Positions 61,274 to 64,000 of a stretch of DNA of 64,000 bases are shown piece after piece. The notes beneath the pieces are model-generated. The model was given only the letters and a program-made list of their open reading frames with translations. It ran no database searches and was not told the DNA's origin. The first letter of the stretch is position 1, and every line of letters begins with the position of its first letter. A program made the translations under genes and the position numbers. This DNA is from a virus: positions 42,432 through 106,431 of the IMG/VR virus record IMGVR_UViG_3300020446_001812, one strand, 5' to 3'.

Positions 61274-62743
61274 TCATTTCTCCACCGCTTGTGTAGGAGT
61301 TTGAGGAGCTCTCATTTTTGCTATCCTAGCATTTTTATCTTTATTAGTTTTATTTAAAGAAGCCCACCATTCTTGAGCACCTGCTATTGCTTGATTAGCA
61401 GGAATACTTCTGCCGTTTTTCAAAAACGTAGCATCGGTTACAGCTAACATTTGTCGTAATTGTTTTTCATGATCTACATTGGGCATAGGTCTGCCTAATG
61501 CACTCTGTTTTGCATATGCCGCGTATTTGTCCATAGCCTTTTGTATTTTTTCCTTACCATATTTTTCTACTTTTGCTGGGTTGGATTTTAAAACTATTGT
61601 TACATCGTTAAAAGGATCAAACATTGCATCTCTTGTAGTAATACCGGACTTATCCGCACTTACTGAAAAAGTGCCAGCTCCTGCTTTTACAGAACCTGAA
61701 TCTGCTATCTTGTTTCCTTTAAAATCGTACATAGCAGTTTGATCTGTGTTGACATCTCCTTTACCAGTACCAACTTTTATTGGATCATTCGAGCCTGGCT
61801 TTCCAGGGTCAACATCTGTTTTAAAATTAGTTTTTATATTACGTTGAACATAATCATATGTATATTGTAATCCTCCTATCATAGGAGTTTTCCATTTGAC
61901 CATGCGTGAACCGTCGAATGTATATGTTCCTCCTCCGTCACTTACATGCACTAAGTTATCATCATATTTGTCCTGTATATATGTAGTTCCATCATCTGCG
62001 GTGTAACCATTTCTACTAATTGGTATTGTTGCATCTGGTGCCTTTGGTGGATTTTGCGGTTTCATTACCTTTATTTTATTTGGTAAAGTATCTTTTACTT
62101 GTTCTTTTATAGGTTCTTCTGCAGGTTCTGTACCCAATGCATCGTCTAGCAACTTACTTGCTATCTCAGCATTTCCAGGATACATTAATTCTGTAGCTTG
62201 TATTTTTTCTTCCGGAGCCATTTGCGGCCAAGCATTTCTTAATTCTGTAGCACTGCGTATTGCCATACCTTTGAAATCAAAATCTATAGTAGGGCCATAA
62301 GCCATATGTGCATGTCTATCTGCGGTAACTAAATTATCATCTGTAACATAACTTATAATATATCCTACATTGCCGTCACTTTTTCTAATTTGATCGGGCA
62401 AAGGATGACTTGTTTTATCTTTTTCACTACGCACAAAGACTAAAGCAGTTTTGCTTGTATCTCCAAGAATATTTTCGTAGCTTAAAGCATTAAAAGGTGA
62501 CTTAACTTGTATAAATTTTTGTGCAGGAACACCCGCCATAGTGGCTAATTTTTGTTTTATATCAAATGGAAAAGGTCTGCTTGTTGTATCATTTGTAGCG
62601 GCTACGTAAACATTTTGTACACCAAATGTACTAACTGCCCAATCATAAAGACTTTTATGTCCTGGATGAAATGGATGAAATCCTCCAGGCATAACTGCAA
62701 CAACCTTAGTTGCTACATCTTCGAACAGTTCCCTTAATCTCAT
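61274..62743 (-). CDS. HIGH-motif nucleotidyltransferase-like protein with C-terminal extension
   Basis: 'MPGGFHPFHPGH', 'PFPF..K', 'SATELR'; N-terminus 'MRLRELFE'. Confidence 0.7.
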   Translation of the reverse strand: MRLRELFEDVATKVVAVMPGGFHPFHPGHKSLYDWAVSTFGVQNVYVAATNDTTSRPFPFDIKQKLATMAGVPAQKFIQVKSPFNALSYENILGDTSKTALVFVRSEKDKTSHPLPDQIRKSDGNVGYIISYVTDDNLVTADRHAHMAYGPTIDFDFKGMAIRSATELRNAWPQMAPEEKIQATELMYPGNAEIASKLLDDALGTEPAEEPIKEQVKDTLPNKIKVMKPQNPPKAPDATIPISRNGYTADDGTTYIQDKYDDNLVHVSDGGGTYTFDGSRMVKWKTPMIGGLQYTYDYVQRNIKTNFKTDVDPGKPGSNDPIKVGTGKGDVNTDQTAMYDFKGNKIADSGSVKAGAGTFSVSADKSGITTRDAMFDPFNDVTIVLKSNPAKVEKYGKEKIQKAMDKYAAYAKQSALGRPMPNVDHEKQLRQMLAVTDATFLKNGRSIPANQAIAGAQEWWASLNKTNKDKNARIAKMRAPQTPTQAVEK

Positions 62744-63063
62744 TTATATTCGCCTTTTTCAATTTCTTGCATTTCTTCTGAAAAAAGTTTATCTATTAGT
62801 GCATCTTTTTCTTCTTCTGAAAAAAGTTCTTCGGGATTTTTTGCTAAGTTATATTTTTTACAATATGCACTTATGCCTTTGTCTATCATAGGTGCTAATT
62901 GTTCTTTAGCATTATATTGCTTTCCGTCGCGATGCATATCAGCTATCTTGCTAAATGTAGGAAAATATTGTTGTCTATAAAATGCAGGATCGTTTCTCAT
63001 ATAGAAACTAGTATCATCAACTATATCGAATTTTGGTTCAGTTATTTCATTTACACTTACCAT
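62740..63063 (-). CDS. Hypothetical phage protein
   Basis: 'FYMRNDPAFYRQQYFP'. Confidence 0.7.
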   Translation of the reverse strand: MVSVNEITEPKFDIVDDTSFYMRNDPAFYRQQYFPTFSKIADMHRDGKQYNAKEQLAPMIDKGISAYCKKYNLAKNPEELFSEEEKDALIDKLFSEEMQEIEKGEYK

Positions 63064-63181
63064 TTTCTTCTAACCTTTTTTTTAGTTCCTCTATTTGTTT
63101 TTGTAGTTCAGCAATTTTTTCATTTGCCTTTTTTAATTCTTCAAGGCCTCTATATCCATATTCAGTATAACCTTCTACCAT
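63047..63181 (-). CDS. Small coiled-coil protein (44 aa, not in ORF track)
   Basis: MVEGYTEYGYRGLEELKKANEKIAELQKQIEELKKRLEENGKCK fills the gap with overlaps at both ends. Confidence 0.5.
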   Translation of the reverse strand: MVEGYTEYGYRGLEELKKANEKIAELQKQIEELKKRLEENGKCK

Positions 63182-63735
63182 TTACGACAGCTCCAGTAAC
63201 GTGCCTTATGACGCGGTCCTGGATTGTCACAGTTGTGTCTTGCACGGAAACTTCTTCTTCTTTTTGGATTAGATTTTTTAATCCGCATTTTTTTATCCCC
63301 AAAGTTTACTTTGACTACATTACCTTTTGGGTTTTTCACATATACTTTAAACTTTTTGACATCGCCTGCCATAGGCTTACCAAGTTTTACTTTTCGTCCT
63401 TGATACTCCGCTTCATCAACTTCATCATCTTCGTTAAACCACATGACGCCAAATTCTTCATAAAAGTCATCGCCGTCGTATGTCACTTCAGTGACGTCTT
63501 GTTCTTGATCTGCGTTAACATAGATATCAAAATCTTCATATCCTTCTGCAAACAGATAGTTTGCTAGACGCTTTGCATATTCACCTGATTCTTGCTCTGA
63601 TAGTGTCCTCGGCAATGGAATCTGCATAACAGTTGTATCCTGTTCTGTATCAAATGTTTCGTACAAAGGAAACACAGATTCGTCTAGTTTCTTTGTTTCT
63701 TGTTTTTCCATTACTACTGTTACAAAATGTTCCAT
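63175..63735 (-). CDS. Protein with acidic N-terminus and basic C-terminal domain (probable internal DNA-binding protein)
   Basis: 'DEAEYQGRKVKLGKP...KFKVYV..VNFG..RRRSFRARHNC..ARYWSC'; ATAAATA at 63753-63759. Confidence 0.7.
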   Translation of the reverse strand: MEHFVTVVMEKQETKKLDESVFPLYETFDTEQDTTVMQIPLPRTLSEQESGEYAKRLANYLFAEGYEDFDIYVNADQEQDVTEVTYDGDDFYEEFGVMWFNEDDEVDEAEYQGRKVKLGKPMAGDVKKFKVYVKNPKGNVVKVNFGDKKMRIKKSNPKRRRSFRARHNCDNPGPRHKARYWSCRKW

Positions 63736-63755
63736 ATTAAACCCCTTTTGTATAT

Positions 63756-64000
63756 TTATCCTGTTGGTGCTGAACTCTTATATGGGTGACTCACGGGTAA
63801 AAGCGACTCTGCACCCCATTTGTGTGCTACATATCCTTCTGCTTGTTCTATGTATGTCATGTCAGTTCCTCCTGTGCCAGGCAATCCCTTCACGCTCAAA
63901 AATTCAAACATTGAACCACCAAATGTTTGACTGCCTCTGTTACGGAATATTCGCAACAGTTGGTTGTCTTTTAAGTTGTTGTCATAGTCTGTTTCAGGAG
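63756..64000 (-). CDS. C-terminal end of a probable virion structural protein (5' end outside window)
   Basis: The frame stays open to the window edge; 'EGYVAHKWG...LP..HPYKS.AP' tail is typical of lectin-like phage structural proteins. Confidence 0.55.
   Translation of the reverse strand, partial: PETDYDNNLKDNQLLRIFRNRGSQTFGGSMFEFLSVKGLPGTGGTDMTYIEQAEGYVAHKWGAESLLPVSHPYKSSAPTG

Noticed and set aside
685-63567. Numerous 60-220-aa ORFs antisense to or nested in the called genes (e.g. 1462-1872, 4132-4599, 42079-42429, 62899-63567)
   Set aside because: They are shadow frames of motif-bearing genes, with no SD or recognisable domains.
1-64000. tRNA/rRNA genes, CRISPR array, IS elements, stop-codon reassignment
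   Set aside because: Intergenic gaps are too short and show no cloverleaf or repeat-spacer pattern; no transposase; genes tile densely under the standard code with TAA, TGA and TAG all used as stops.

Overview
AT-rich (roughly 30% GC by eye), gene-dense fragment of a large T4-like (myovirus-type) dsDNA phage genome, probably aquatic/marine. I found no rRNA, tRNA, CRISPR array or transposase. There are three blocks. (1) 1-31.8 kb, mostly + strand: an unusually large tailoring-enzyme island with 11 radical SAM genes (one partial, six with N-terminal Twitch/SPASM-like Cys modules, two B12-binding type), four stand-alone PP-loop ATP pyrophosphatases, five 2OG-Fe(II)/cupin oxygenases, three His-box membrane desaturases/hydroxylases, AdoMet decarboxylase, two methyltransferases, GNAT, SGNH, a nitroreductase fusion and sugar-activation enzymes. 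It ends convergently on a tail-fibre-like gene. (2) 33.5-56.7 kb, - strand: a replication/DNA-metabolism module (MoxR-VWA pair, RNase H, sliding clamp, family B DNA polymerase, MazG) with an embedded 7-deazaguanine DNA-modification locus (folE, queE, T-fold QueD/DpdL-like, DpdA/TGT-like). That locus has no queC in the window but includes a GT-B glycosyltransferase, an MBD4-like glycosylase and a PRTase. (3) 56.7-64 kb, - strand: probable late capsid-internal/ejected proteins with prohead-protease-like Glu motifs. Non-coding signals include near-perfect sigma70 promoters, T4-late-like TAAATA boxes, a four-copy dyad motif around TACGCA (two copies form a perfect 15-bp inverted repeat bracketing one gene), and candidate RNA leaders before folE, the polymerase and a late gene. 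All functional calls come from motif recognition by eye, not database searches.
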